DNA of 64,000 nt from Mobula hypostoma (GCF_963921235.1 NC_086098.1:3410001-3474000); one strand, 5' to 3'. Shown: positions 12,994 to 26,408, numbered from the stretch's first letter. Program-made: numbers and translations. Notes: generated by a model from the letters alone, not told the origin.

Positions 12994-13371
12994 AATCAAA
13001 ATCAGTGAGATCTGGAATTTCTGACATTCTATGAAGAGTTAAAGTTATGACTTTATTGGTCTCTCCAGCGATTTAACAAGAAGATAAAATTTTGGTTTTT
13101 GAGATTATGTTCTTCTCGATGACATGCACCATCTGTCGTGTCAAGCACCCAGTGACACGATCATGGTGTGAAGGGTAAGTGGTAATGGTACGTTATTACA
13201 CCAAGATCTATGTCTGCCTCTGAGGATCTGACACAAAAATACACTCTCACATCTTGCACATCTACAATACATAAAATTATACCTTTCTATTAAATTGCTG
13301 GAGAGACTCAAAGTCATTTCTTTAATTCTTTATAAAAATGTCAGAAATTCCAGATCTCATAGATTTTGATT
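12994..13371. repeat. Long degenerate inverted repeat (foldback/MITE-like palindrome)
   Basis: aatcaaaatcagtgagatctggaatttctgacatt... at 12994 pairs with ...aatgtcagaaattccagatctcatagattttgatt at 13371. Clear arms of ~110 bp, with weaker pairing further inside. Confidence 0.85.
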
Positions 13372-13851
13372 GGCAGTACATATACAGTAAATGTACATAC
13401 ATAATTTGTATACGATATATACTGTATGTATATGTGTGTATTCAGTACTGTGCAAAAGTCTTAAGCACGAGTAAAATAAATTCTGTAAAGGGAAGATCCT
13501 TTCAAAAATAATGAAAAGTTTCTAAATACTATTTTTTTCTATAAAGAGCAGCAAACCGTAAAAATAGTATTATGGTACAATGATGGGGGTCCAGCATTAA
13601 GGGGTTTGCATTGCAAGCAAAAGGAAAGAGGTACAGAAACCTGAAGGCACACACTCAGCAATTCAGGAACAGCATCTTCCCCTCTGCCATCCGATTCCTA
13701 ATGGACTTTGAAGCTTTGGACACTACCTCACTTTTTATATTTTTTTTCTTTTTGTACTAATTAAACAATTTATCTTTTATATATTTACTGTAATTCAGTT
13801 AATATTATGTATTGCAATGTACTGCTGCCATGTAACAGATTTCATGACATA

Positions 13852-14100
13852 AAGGCATCCGTTAGTCTTGCGAGACCATGGATCTGCGCCTGGAAAGTCT
13901 TCACTCTCCAGGGTGCAGGCCTGGACAAGGTTGTATGGAAGACCAGCAGTTGCCCATGCTGCAAGTCTCCCCTCTCCACGACACCGATGTTGGCCAAGGG
14001 AAGAGCATTAGGACCCATACAGCTTGGCACCAGTGTCGTCGCAGAGCAATGTGTGATTAAGTGCCTTGCTCAAGGACACCACACGTTGCCTCGGTTGAAC
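13852..14100 (-). mobile_element. SINE with 'gtgtccttgagcaaggcactt' core (same family as 58976-59185)
   Basis: Reverse-complement match to the plus-strand copy at 58976. This copy retains the 3' tail but lacks the tRNA head. Confidence 0.75.
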
Positions 14101-15307
14101 CAGATTCTGATTGTGTGCATGTGTATATATGTATATAGATCTGCCTGTGTGTATTTATCTATATATACAATATGTATATAGAATATTTATATTTTAATTT
14201 TGCTAAATTTCAAGACAATGTTTTGGTTGCAAATCTCTTCAGATGGGGCTATGAAATGTACTAAAATAAAACACTTTATCTTTTTATCTTACTTTATTGT
14301 GCTCCACAGGTTGTTTGACATTCCTTCTCCTTTCTGTTTTTTTTAAATATAAAGGCTTTGTGCCATCTGCACATCCTTGAAGTGAAATCTTTACAGAATG
14401 CGAAAAATGGCTGTCAGGCACAAAACATGATAATTAGCTCCAATTTCCCAGAGGCTAATTATAAGAATCACTTTTTTGTCACAATGCTTGTCCGCAACCC
14501 ATACTTATAACATAATGAAAAAATAAAATTCAGAAAGATATCTGCAATTGACAGCTTAATATTTCAAATGAATGTCGAGTAGCCTCGTATTTAAAGTACT
14601 TAACTGCTCCTCCATTCGTTCTCCCACACAGGTTCTTGCCATTGAACACCAGCTCCAAAGAGTGCAGGATGGAGCACAGGACAGAAATGAGCAAAAGGAT
14701 TTGACAAACTAATCCGGATACTGTCAGTTTAAATTTATTATCAAAGTGCACAGAGTCAGAGAACACTAAAACACAGAGACTGGCCCTTCAGCCCATCTAG
14801 TCCATGCTGAACTAATAATCTGTCTCATCCCATAACCTGCTCCTGGACCATAGTCCTCCATACCCCTATCCAAATTTCTCCCAAATAATGAAATCAACCC
14901 TACAACCAATACTTGCAGTGTCAGCTCGTTACACACTCTCACCACCCTCTGAGTGGAAAAGATCCCCCTCATGTTCCCCTTAAACATTTCATCTTTCGTC
15001 CTTAATCCATGATCTCTAAAATCAACGTAAAAAGCTTGCTTACCTATCTATACCCCTCATCATTTTGTATGCTTCTGTCAAATCTCTCCTCAGTCTGCTG
15101 CTTTCTAGGTTATGTTATCATGTGCAAGAGCAGGACTCAGCAGGTCAAGCAGCATCTACGGAGAGGAATAAAGAGCCAACATTTCAGGCTCTGATGAAGA
15201 TCCAAGTTCTAATGAGGGTTCTCTGCCCAAAATGTTGCTCTTTCTTCCTCTCCATGGAAGTTGCCTGACATGCTGAGTTCCTCCAGCATCTGCTGAACCT
15301 CTTATTA

Positions 15308-16845
15308 ACTTAAGGAGAAATCTTGCCTAACAGGTCTGTTGGAATTCTTTGAGGAATTAATAAGCAGGATAGGCAAAGGACAATCGATGAATGTTGTGTA
15401 CTTAGATTTTCAGAAGGCCTTGTACAATATGCCACACACGAGGCTGCTAAACATGATAACAGCCCATGGTATTATAGGAAAGATTAAAGCATGGATAGAG
15501 TCTGGCTCATTGGCAGGAGGCAAAGAGTGGGAATATAGGGAGCCTCTTCTGTTTGGCTGCTGGTGACTAGTGGTGTTTGAAAGGGTTCAGTGTTGCAACC
15601 GCTCCTTTTTATGTTATATTTCAATGATTTAGATGAAGGAATTGATGGCTTTGTGGCCACGTTTGAGGACAATAAGAAGATAGGTGGAGAGGAAGGTAGT
15701 GTTGAGGAAGCAGGAAGTCTGCAGAAGGACTTAGACAGATTGGGAGAATGGGCAAAGAAGTGGCAGATGGAATACACTGTAGGGAAGGGTATAGTCATAC
15801 ACTTTGGTAGAAGGAACAAAAGTTTAGAGTTTTTTCTAAATGGACAGAAAATTCAAAAATCTGAAGTACAAAGGGACTTGGGACTTGAGATTTGTAGGAT
15901 TCCCTAAAGGTTAATTTGCAGGTTGAGTCAGTGGTGAGAATGTAATGTTAGCATTAATTTCAATAGGACCAGAATATAAAAGCAAGGACATAACGTTGGG
16001 CTTTATAAAGAACTGGTGAGGCCTCATGGAGTATTATGAGTAGTTTTGGGCCACTTATTTAAGAAAGGATGTACTAACATTAGAGAATGTTCAGAGAATG
16101 TTCACCAAAATTGTTCGGGATTGAATGGCTTTTCATATGAGGAGCATTTTATGGCTCTGGGCCTGTACACACAAGAATTCAGCAGAATGAAGGTGGATTT
16201 CATTGAAACCTATCCAACTTTGAAGGGTTTTAATAGAGTGTATGTGGAGAGGATATTTCCTATGGTGGGGGAGTCTCAGACCAGAGAGCACAGCCTCAAA
16301 ATAGAGGACATCCATTTAGAACAGAGATAAGGAGGAATTTCTTTAGAATATAGAATAGTACAGCACAGTACAGGCCCTTCGGCCCACAATGTTGTGCCGA
16401 CCCTTAAACACTGCCTTCCATATAACTCCCCCACCTTAAATTCCTCCATATACCTGTCTAGTAGTCTCTTAAACTTCACGAGTGTATCTGCCTCCATCAC
16501 TGACTCAGGCAGTGCATTCCACGCACCAACCACTCTGTGAGTAAAAAACCTTCCTCTAATATCCCCCTTGAACTTCCCACCCTTTACCTTAAAGCCATGT
16601 CCTCTTGTATTGAGCAGTGGTGCCCTGGGGAAGAGGCGCTGGCTGTGGAAGTTTTTGCCACAGGCAGCTGTAGAGGCCAAGTTATTGAGTCTATTTAAGG
16701 CAGTGGTTGATAGGTTTTTGATTAGTCAGGGCATCAAAGGTTACAGGGAGAAGAATGGAGTTGAGAGGGATAATAAATCAACCATGAAATGGCAGAACAG
16801 ACTCGACGGGCTGAATGGCCTAATTTGGTCCCATCTCTTATGGTC
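15308..16845 (+). mobile_element. Decayed CR1 RT/3' end with a younger antisense CR1 tail nested at 16345-16645
   Basis: YLDFQKA and NDLDEGIDGFV peptides. The nested piece is near-identical to the reverse complement of 24875-25175. Confidence 0.85.
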
Positions 16846-17489
16846 TCTTGAGATTCATTTTCAAGTTTCAAGTTTATCATATGTACATCAAAGCATACAG
16901 TGAAATGTGTCATTTGCGTTAACAACCAACACACCCAAGCATGGAATGGGGGCAGCCCACAAACATCGCCACAGAGTCCAATGCCAACGTAGCATGTCCT
17001 TCAAGTTCAACAGAACAGAGAACACAATAAAACACATGAAAACAACAACAGCAAACCAAACATCAGAAAATCTGCAGATACTGGAAATCCAAGCAACACA
17101 CATAAAATGCTAGAGGAACTCAGCAGGTACGGAAAAGGGTAACTAGCCGACATTTTGGGCTAACTGTTTACTCTTTTCCATAGATGCTACCTGACCTGCT
17201 GAGTTCCTCCAGCATTTTATGTGTGCTAACAACAAAACAAGTGCCGTTCCTTTTCTGACCAAGAATTGGGGAAAGAGAGAATGCAACTGGTCTTTTCCCA
17301 AGCAAAGTATAAAAGTCAAGGCAAATGCCTATCCTGTCCTTTTGTAAGGAGAAAGTGTCAATAAGTATATCATGCTTTTCAAACAGTTACTTGGGGAACT
17401 CATCTTAATTTGGGATTAATAGTGAACTTGTATCTCTAACTGATCCATTTTATCTGTGTGGAATCACAGCAGGGAGCTTTTTTAAAAAA

Positions 17490-17706
17490 GGGGCAGTATG
17501 GGAGCGTAGTGCTTAGCATAATGATTTACAGCATCAGCGATTAGGGTCCAGTTCCCACCTCCACTGTACGTTCTCACCATGAGCTCACATGTTTTCTTCA
17601 CGTGCTCCAGCTTTCCTCCACGTTCCAAAGACGCACAAGATAGTCAGTTAATTGGTCACACAGGTGTGATTAGGCAGCGTGGGCTTGTTGGGCTGTTAGG
17701 CTGCAT
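17490..17706 (+). mobile_element. tRNA-derived V-SINE (HE1-like)
   Basis: A-box-like 'agcgtagtgcttagc', B-box-like 'gggtccagttccc' and V core 'gtgctccagctttcctccacgttccaaagac'. Related copies at 18224-18530 and 9933-10150. Confidence 0.6.
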
Positions 17707-17714
17707 TTCTAAAT

Positions 17715-17785
17715 CAGGGGTTCCACGGGCCTGACCCCTTGCTTAATGGTATTAGTCTCTGGCAAAAGAAGGTTGGGAACCTCTT
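17715..17785. mobile_element. 71-bp hAT (Charlie-like) MITE
   Basis: TIRs caggggttcc.../...gggaacctctt with a perfect 8-bp TSD ttctaaat (17707-17714 and 17786-17793). Confidence 0.75.
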
Positions 17786-18983
17786 TTCTAAATAAATAAT
17801 TTTATAGCAAATGTGAAGATTTTGTGAATTCAAGATTAACTCCTGATGAGTCATCTGAGATTTGGCATGGAACTCCAGCTTTTTACCACAGGCCGAGTGG
17901 CTTTAAAATCTTCTCCACCATAATTAAGGGCCACTAGTGGAATGGTGAAAGTTTTAGGTATCTGCTAAAAGTGTAGAAAAAGCCACAAGAGATGTGAATT
18001 ATCCTGAAAGTATTATATGCTAAGTTATAATTAGTGTTTCTCAAACTCCTTGGCCCTTGCGATAATTTTATGTCTATGCATTGTAATTTTCCCCTGACAA
18101 ACATTTCAAAACAACAAATTAAAATAATAATTACTTCCTTAACTTTCTTATTATTTTTCAGATTCTGCCTTATTCACTTCTTTTCTTTAATTTTAGACTC
18201 ATAATATCTTTAAAATCTGAGTGTGGTACAGCAGCACAGCAGTTATTGCAATCACGTTACAGCAGCGGTGATCACTGATCAGAGTTCCTTTCCCACTGGA
18301 GTTTGTACATTCACCCTATAACCATGTAGGTTTCCTCCGGGTGCTCCGGTTTCCTCCCACATTCCAAAGATGTGAAGTTATGGTTCGTGAGTTTTGGGCA
18401 TGTTATGTTGGTGCTGGAAGCATGGCATCACTTGTGGGCTACCCCCACCATAATTCTTACTGATTTGATGTGACAAATGACAAACTTCACTGTATATTTT
18501 GCTGTACATGTGACAAATGAAGTTAATCTAAACTTAATTTTGACAGCTAGTCTTATTTTTGACATCTTTGTCTTTTTTTTGCTGACTTTTGGGAACTGTA
18601 AAGGACTGCTGAGTTAGCTTTATGGCAGTACTCTCGCCAATGGCGCCTTTGAACTGAACCCTGTCAGAAACTAATGTTGGGGGGAAAAACAAAGTCTACA
18701 TCACAGAGTTTAACACATTTTTATGAGCAAAATATTGTGATACTCAAGTGAATGCTGTTTTTTAGTCACCGACTTGAAAAATATTCCAAAGATACACAGC
18801 TCCTGTTATTCCACAGGTACAATGGTCCATAAATGCTACATAATTTCTCTATAGATTACATTAATTTCATGTAACATGCACAAAATACTAGAGAAACTCA
18901 GCAAGTCAGGCAGCATCTATGGAAATGAATGTTTCAGGCCAAGACCCTTCATCCCGAATTTAATGAACATTTCAGTTTGAAAT

Positions 18984-20095
18984 AAAGCCTTAGCATTATC
19001 TCCTTGTTTTTATATTCTATTCCCCTTGAAATAAATGCCAACATTGCATTTGCCTTCTTTACCACAGACTCAACCTGTAAATTAACCTTCTGGGAGTCTT
19101 GCACGAGGACTCCCAAGTCCCTCTGCACCTCTGAAGTTTGAATTTTCTCCCCATTTAGATAATAGACCACACTAATGTTCATTTTACCAAAATACATTAT
19201 CATACATTTCCCAACACTATTCCATCTGACACTTCTCGCCCATTCTTCCAATTTGTCTAAGTCCTGCTGTGAACGCATTGCTTCCTCAGCACTACCTACC
19301 CCTCCACCTATCTTGGTACCATCCGCAAACTTTGCCACAAAGCCATCAATTCCGTTATCTAAATCACTGACAAACGATGTGAAAAGTAACGGTCTCAATA
19401 CTGACCACTGAGGAACACCACTAGTCAATGGCAACCAACCAGGCCCCCTTTATTTCCGCTCACTGCCTGCTGCCTGTCAGCCATTCCTCTATTCATGCCA
19501 ATATCTTTCCTGTAAAGCGATAAGATTTTATTCTAATAAGCAGTCTCATGTGTGGCACCTTATCAAATGTCGTCTGAAAATCCAAGTAAATGGCATCCAC
19601 TGCCTCTCCTTTGTCCACCCTTCTTGTTACTTCCTCTAAGAACTCTAACACATTTGACAGGCAAGATTTTCCTTTACAGAAACCATGCTGACTTTGACTT
19701 ATTTTATCATTTGAGTCCGAGTACCCTGAAACCTCATCCTTAATAATAGATTTCAGCAATTTCTCAACCACTGAGGTTAGGCCAACTGGCCTGTAGTTTC
19801 CTTTATTTTGCCTCCCTCCCTCCTTAAAGAGTGGAGTGACATTTACAATCTTCCAGTCCTCTGGAACCATGCCAGAATCAAGTGATTCTTGAAAGCTCAT
19901 GACCAATGCATCCATTATCTCTTCAGCAACCTCTCTCAGGACCTTTGAGTTTGCCTCGCACTTTTTCATTTGTAATAGCAATGACACTCACTCCTGCTCC
20001 TGACCCTTAAAGACCTCTAGCACACTGCTAGTGAGTTCCACACTGAAGACTGGCACAAAGTTCATCTGTCATTTATTTGTTCCCCCATTACTACC
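18984..20095 (-). mobile_element. CR1 ORF2 RT fragment
   Basis: ORFs 19493-19987 (PEDWK, NYRPV, YLDFQ) and 18949-19434 (GVPQ, KFADGTK). Confidence 0.9.
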
Positions 20096-20143
20096 AAGCG
20101 CTGCCGTGCTCAGGACAGCCCGCAAGCGTTGCTGTGCCAGAGT

Positions 20144-20330
20144 AACACACACAAAATGGAGGATCTCAACAGGTCAAGCAACTTCGCTAGAAAGGAATAA
20201 ACAGTTGACATTTCAGGCCAAGACACTTCATCAGGATCATCAAGTCCAAAGACCCAAAGCACCAACTCTTTATTGATTTCCATAGATGCTGCCTGACCTG
20301 CTGAGTTCCTCCAAAGTTTTGTGCGTTACT
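20144..20330. mobile_element. Penelope-like inverted terminal repeat; hammerhead-like core on the minus strand
   Basis: Minus strand 20201-20237 reads gatcCTGATGAagtgtcttggcctGAAAtGTCaactg. Confidence 0.55.
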
Positions 20331-21784
20331 CTGAATACGTAACTAGCTGAACCATATCCCTTCTTTAGCTCACTATCTACTGTATTAATTTTTTTAAAGG
20401 TTTATTAAAAGGTCAAGCAGCTAAAGTGAAAGTAAATTACCCGAATTCTTAAATTGGTCCCCTACAGATGTTCCCCACCATTGAGATAACGGAAATACTG
20501 GCAGAGGCTGCTTTTGGGTGGATTCAATTTCAGGGTAAATATCGTATCCTTCACTGGCTTCGATGGTGTAGGCAGCATCACAATTGGGATTTATGTAGGA
20601 TTAGTGTGTTAGTATGAATAGGAGGTTGGTCGTCTCCATGGACTCGGTGGGACTGAGGTCCTGTTGTTTTTGTTGAATCCCTCTACAACTCCACTTGCAA
20701 AGGACAGAATGAAAACTTGCTTTTGATAACAACTTTTTAAAATATTCACAGCCATCAAGCATTTTGTCAGACTTTGTTTATTCAGAGCTTTTCATAAATT
20801 CTATTGTATTTACTTATTTTCCTGTAAATACCTGCAAGAAAATGAATCTCAGGGCAGTGTATATATATGCACTTTGGTAATAAATTTTACATCTGACATA
20901 TGACCACAAGACCCAACAAAGGATTGCAAGGACTGCTGAGAGGATTACCCTTCAGAGATATTTACCAGGAGCAGGGGCCCTTAGCATTGTTAATGATTCC
21001 TCCCATCCATCCAACAATCCCTTTGACCCCCTACCATCAGGCAGGAGGTACTGTAGCATTAGGACAAGGATTGTTAGGATGGGAAACAGCTTCTACCCCC
21101 AGACCCTGAGTTTACTGAACTCACTGTCACCACCCAGGTCTCACCACAAATGAAGTGCCAGTAGCGTTAATCTGCCTACTTTTTAAACGTGTCATAAATC
21201 CACTTTACTATTTGTTAATTTATAGTAATATTGTGTTACGTGTTGTGTGTGAATTATTGTTGTCCACCCTGATCTGGAAGGACATTGCTTTGCTTGGTGG
21301 TAAATGTTTTCAGCTGAAATAACAGTAAACAAAATTGAGATTTACTTTGGCTCTGATAAATTCAGCACCTGCAGTACAAATTAGTCCATACAAAGAATGA
21401 TTGTCAGAGAAGAGCAACCAGCATTGGGGAAGTCAGAGTATTAATGATAATTTCGACACAGCAATTTGAATATGCGCAGGTATCAACACTGATGCTGTGA
21501 ACTGAAAATACACAACGGAAAACAGATGGAAATGTCATCAATGGAGAGGTATTATATTCTTCTCCTTTCATCCCAGCAACACATGCTTAAAGAAGACGAT
21601 GATTTTAAATCAGGTAAATGTGGGTAATCCAAAATGTGGTATCAGGTCAATATAATTACATATCACAACATGCTCACTGGAGTTGGCATTAATATTTCGA
21701 CCTCTCTGACTGAGGCTGTAGAAGTGAATCATGGTCAGAAACAGTACAGTTGCATTTTTGAAAATCAGAATTAGAATCAGAATG

Positions 21785-22380
21785 CAAGATATCAACTATA
21801 CTTTATTAGGAGTTTGAAGAGATTTGGCATGTCAACAAATACACTCAAAAACTTCTATAGTAGTGCATTGGAGAGCATTCTGACAGGCTGCATCACTGTC
21901 TGGTATGGAGGGGCTACTGCACAGGACTGAAAGAAGCTGCAGAGTGTTGTAAATCTAGTCAGCTCCATCTTGGGCACTAGCCTACAAAGTACCCAGGACA
22001 TCTTCAGGGAGCGGTGTCTCAGAAAGGCAGCGTCCATTATTAAGGACCTCCAGCACCCAGGGCATGTCCTTTTCTCACCGTTACTATCAGGTAGGAGATA
22101 CAGAAGCCTAAAGGCACACACTCAGCGATTCAGGAACAGCTTCTTCCCCTCTGCCATCCGATTCTTAAATGGACATTGAAGCTTTGGTCACTACCTCACT
22201 TTTTTTAATATACAGTATTTCTGCTTTTACACATTTTAAAAAATTTATTCAATATACATAATTGATTTACTTGTTTATTTATTTATTTTTTCTCTGCCAG
22301 ATTATGTATTGGATTGAACTGTTGTTGCTAAGTTAACAAATTTCACGTCACATGTCGGTGATAATAAACCTGATTCTGAT
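21785..22380 (+). mobile_element. Rex1/Babar-type LINE 3' end
   Basis: ORF 21970-22179 KAASIIKDLQHPGH...FRNSFFPSAIRFLN, with tail 'aataaacctgattctga'. Confidence 0.8.
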
Positions 22381-22684
22381 AGAATCGGGTTTAATATCAC
22401 TGGTACATGCAAAGTCAAAGTAAAAGTACATATATCAATTCGTCAAGTTTATTGTCATTTAACTATATACATGTATCTAACATACATAACCATGGTTAGA
22501 GCTGGTTAGACCATAAGCAGTAGGAGCAGAATTAGGCCATTTGGCCTATCGTGTCTGCTCTGCCATTTCATCATGGCTGATTTCTTTCCCTCTCAGCCCC
22601 AATCTCCCACCTTCATACCCTGATGAATTACAAATCTATCAGCCTCTGCCTTAAATATACCCAATGACCTGACCCCTACTGCTG

Positions 22685-22902
22685 TGTCACATGATACTGT
22701 GGGTCAATTGTTTAAGAAAAATAACCAGATGGCTTGAGTCGCAAAAATAGATGGAGGTGCTTGTGCAGGTCGCTGCTGCCTCTATCTGAGACAGCTCCAT
22801 GCAGCAGCTCTGGTTCAGACCCAGTGATTATTACTGCTGGGGATGAGTGTTTTACCGAGTGCGCCATGTGCCGTCTGTAGTCAGTGATGGGCCTTCGTCA
22901 CA
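22685..22902. mobile_element. Probable 218-bp solo LTR inserted in a CR1 3' fragment (22510-23160)
   Basis: TG...CA termini (tgtcac...gtcaca) with 5-bp flanks tgctg/tggtg. The CR1 sequence rejoins across it. Confidence 0.55.
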
Positions 22903-24519
22903 TGGTGCCTGTGGCAACAAATTCCACAGATTCACCACTCTCTGGCTAAAGAAATTCTTCCACATTTCCATTCTAAAAGGACACCCCTCTCTTCTGAGTC
23001 TATGTCCTGTGGTCTTAGTCTGCCCCACCACAGAAAACATCCTCCCCACATCCACTCCATCAAGTCCTTTCACCAGTCAACAGGTTTCAATGTCACCCTT
23101 CATTCTTCTGAATTCAAGCTGAGAGCCATCAAACACTCCTCCTATGATGAGCCTTTCAATCCCTGAAGGTTAGTGGGATATCAGGTCATTGTAAATTGTC
23201 CTTTGATTAGCTAGGATTGAACAGGTAGGTTGCCTGGCAGCATGGCTTGGGGAGGTCAGAAAGGCCTGTATCTCCAAATACAAATCAATCCTTCCATATT
23301 CTCGATTGTTCTACCACTTCCCAGCCCCTGCCACAAAAACGCAAAGGTATTAAAAACTTGGTTAAAACTTTTACATAGAAACAGGCCTTTCTACGCCCCC
23401 CACCCCCCGCCCAGAAGTCATGCTGCCAAGCAGCCTATCTGTTCAATCTGAGCTAATCACAGGACAATTTAGTATGAAGATGATGCATTCTTGTCTAGCA
23501 TTGAGATTGTAACATTGGTAAAAGTCACTGGAAATACTGACTTATCAAAACTCAGTTACAGAACATGCAAGCAATATCACAAGGCTGTATGACAGAGGAG
23601 CGGAATTAGGCTATTTGGCACATTGAGTCTACTCCAGCATTTCATAATGGCTGATCCATTTTCCCTCTCATCCCCAACCTCCCATACCCCTTCATGCCCT
23701 GACCAATCAATCAATCAAACTCTGGCTTAAAGATACATAAAGATTTGGGCTCCACAGCTGTCTGTGGTGAAGAATTCAACAGATTTACCACTCTCTGGCT
23801 AACGAAATCCCTCCTCATCTCCGTTCTAAAATAACCCCTGTTATTCTGAGGCAGTGTCCTCTGGTCTTAAACTCTCACCATAGGAAACATCCTCTCCACA
23901 TAAACTCTCTCAAGGCCTTTCATCATTCAATAGGTTTCAATTAGGGTCACCCCTCATTCGTCTGAATTACAGTGAATACAGGTCCAGGGCCATCAAGTGC
24001 TCTTCATATGACAAGTCGTTTAATCCTAGAACACCACTAATCATTGGCAACCAACCAGAAAAATATCCTTTTATTCCTACTTGCTGCCTCGTAAGGATCA
24101 GCCAACGCTCGAATCATGCCAGTACCTTTCCTGTAATACCATGGGCTCTTAACTTGGTAAGCAGCCTCATGCGTGGCACCGTGTCAAAGGCCTTCTGAAA
24201 ATCCAAATATACAACATCCACTGTATCTCTTTTTAATCTATCGTGCTTGTAATCTCCTCAAAGAATTCCAACAGGTTCATCAGGGAAGAATTTCCCTTAA
24301 AGAAACCATGTTGACTTTGTCCCATCTTGTCCTGTGTCAAGAAGTACTCTATTACTTCATCCTTAACAATTGACTCCAACATCTTCACAACCACTGAGGT
24401 CAGGCTAACTGGTCTATAATTTCCTTTCTGCTGCCTTCCTCCTTTCTTAAGGAATGGAGTGATATTTACAATTTTCCAGTCTTCTGACACCATGCCAGAG
24501 TCCAATGATTCTTGAAACT

Positions 24520-25175
24520 CTTGAAAGTTGCCTCACAGGTGGATAGGGTAGTTAAGAAAGCTTATGGGGTGTTAGCTTTCATAAGTCGAGGGATAGAGTT
24601 TAGAGTCGCGATGTAATGATGCAGCTCTATAAAACTCTGGTTGGGCCACACTTGGAGTACTGTGTCCAGTTCTGGTCACCTCACTATAGGAAGGATGTGG
24701 AAGCATTGGAAAGGGTACAGAGGAGATTTATCAGGATGCTGCCTGGTTTAGAAAGTATGCATTATGATCAGAGATTAAGGGAGCTAGGGCTTTACTCTTT
24801 GGAGAGAAGGAGGATGAGAGGAGACATGATAGAGGTGTACAAGATAATAAGAGGAATAGATAGAGTGGATAGCCAGCGCCTCTTCCCCAGGGCACCACTG
24901 CTCAAGACAAGAGGACATGGCTTTAAGGTAAGGGGTGGGAAGTTCAAGGGGGATATTAGAGGAAGGTTTTTTACTCAAAGAGTGGTTGGTGCGTGGAATG
25001 CACTGCCTGAGTCAGTGGTGGAGGCAGATACACTAGTGAAGTTTAAGAGACTACTAGACAGGTATATGGAGGAATCCAAGGTGGGGGCTTATATGGAAGG
25101 CATATAAGGTTTGAGGGTCAGCACAACATTGTGGGCTGAAGGGCCTGTACTGTGCTGTACTATTCTATGTTCTAT
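24520..25175 (+). mobile_element. Young CR1 3' end nested antisense in an older CR1
   Basis: ORF 24616-25107 is nearly identical to 53435-54277 and 62849-63421. Ends in a (tattctatg)n-type tail. Confidence 0.95.
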
Positions 25176-25771
25176 CATTACTAATGCCTTCATAATCTCT
25201 ACTGCTACCTCTTTCAGAAGCCTGGTGTGCAGTTCCTCTGGCCCAGTTGACTAATCTATCCTTAGGTCTTTCAGCTTTTTGAACTACTTCTCCTTTGTAA
25301 TAATAAATGCGCTCATTTCTCTTCCCTTACACCCTTCAACATCTGGCTCAATGCTAGTGTCTACACGGTGAAGGCTGATGCAAAATACTCATTTATTTTA
25401 TCTGCCATCTCCTTGGCCCTTGTTATTATTTCTCCAGCCATTTTTTACCCATCCTATATCCACTCTCATCTCCCTTTTATTTTGTACATACTTGAAAAAA
25501 CTTTTACTATCCACTTTGATATTGTTTGTTAGCTTGCTTTCATATTTCATCTTTTGCCTCCTAATGACTCTTTTAGTAGCACTTTGTAGCTTTTAAAAGG
25601 CTTTCTGATTCTGTGTTCCCACTAATGTTTGCTTTGTTGTATGCCCTCTTTTTTTGTTTTTACATTAGCTTTGATTTTCCATGTCAGCCACAGTTGTACT
25701 ATTTTGCAATTTGAGTATTTCTTCCTTTTTGGAATACAACTAACCTCCATTTCTTCATTTTTCCCGGAAAC

Positions 25772-26408
25772 TTTAGATTATGAAGACACGCAGTCCTCTT
25801 TTATTGTCATTTAGTAATGCATGCATTAAGAAATGATACAATATTTCCTCCAGTGTGATATCACAAAACACAGGACAGACCAAGACTGAAAAAAAACTAA
25901 CAAAACCACATAATTATAACATATAGTTACAACAATGCAACAATACCATAACTTGATGAAGAAGTCACTGAGCACAGTAAAGTTCAAAGTCTCTCAAATG
26001 TCCCACATCTCACACAGACGGGAGAAGGAAGAAAAACTCTCCCTGCCATACCCGACCACGGCCCGACTCTGAGTCATCCGAAAACTTCGAGCTCTGATCA
26101 GCTCTCCGACACCGAGTACTGAGCGCCATCTCTATCCGAACGATTCGACCTCCTTCTCAGTCGCCAAAAGCAGGCAAGGCCGGGGATTTTGAGGCCTTCC
26201 CTCCAAAAGATTCCCGACCGCACAGTAATGACAGCAGCGAACGTGTGTTTCAGAAATTTTTCCAGATTTTCCTCTGTGCTTTCACGTCCATCTCCATCAA
26301 ATCAAAATTGTTCATGGCCCCTATTTAACAGATGCTGTATCATTTTTCATCGAAGGGCTGCGCACGTATGGCGTGCTGCTCTCTCTCCTCCGACTGTACA
26401 GCATTGTT
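25772..26408 (-). mobile_element. ~630-bp non-coding, CpG-rich insertion within CR1 (probable non-autonomous retroposon)
   Basis: CR1 sequence stops at ~25771 and resumes at ~26400-26409. The minus strand ends aataaaagaggactgcgtgtcttcataatctaa. Confidence 0.5.

Noticed and set aside
14632..14712. Plus-strand terminal-exon-like frame VLAIEHQLQRVQDGAQDRNEQKDLTN*
   Set aside because: No homology recognised and no supporting gene structure on that strand.
20468..20533. Plus-strand exon-like MFPTIEITEILAEAAFGWIQFQ
   Set aside because: Weak polypyrimidine tract and no homology.
21577..21613. Plus-strand 37-nt exon-like segment (tttcatcccag|...tcag|gtaaat)
   Set aside because: Splice-like signals only, with no recognisable peptide or partner exons. 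Such matches are frequent by chance.
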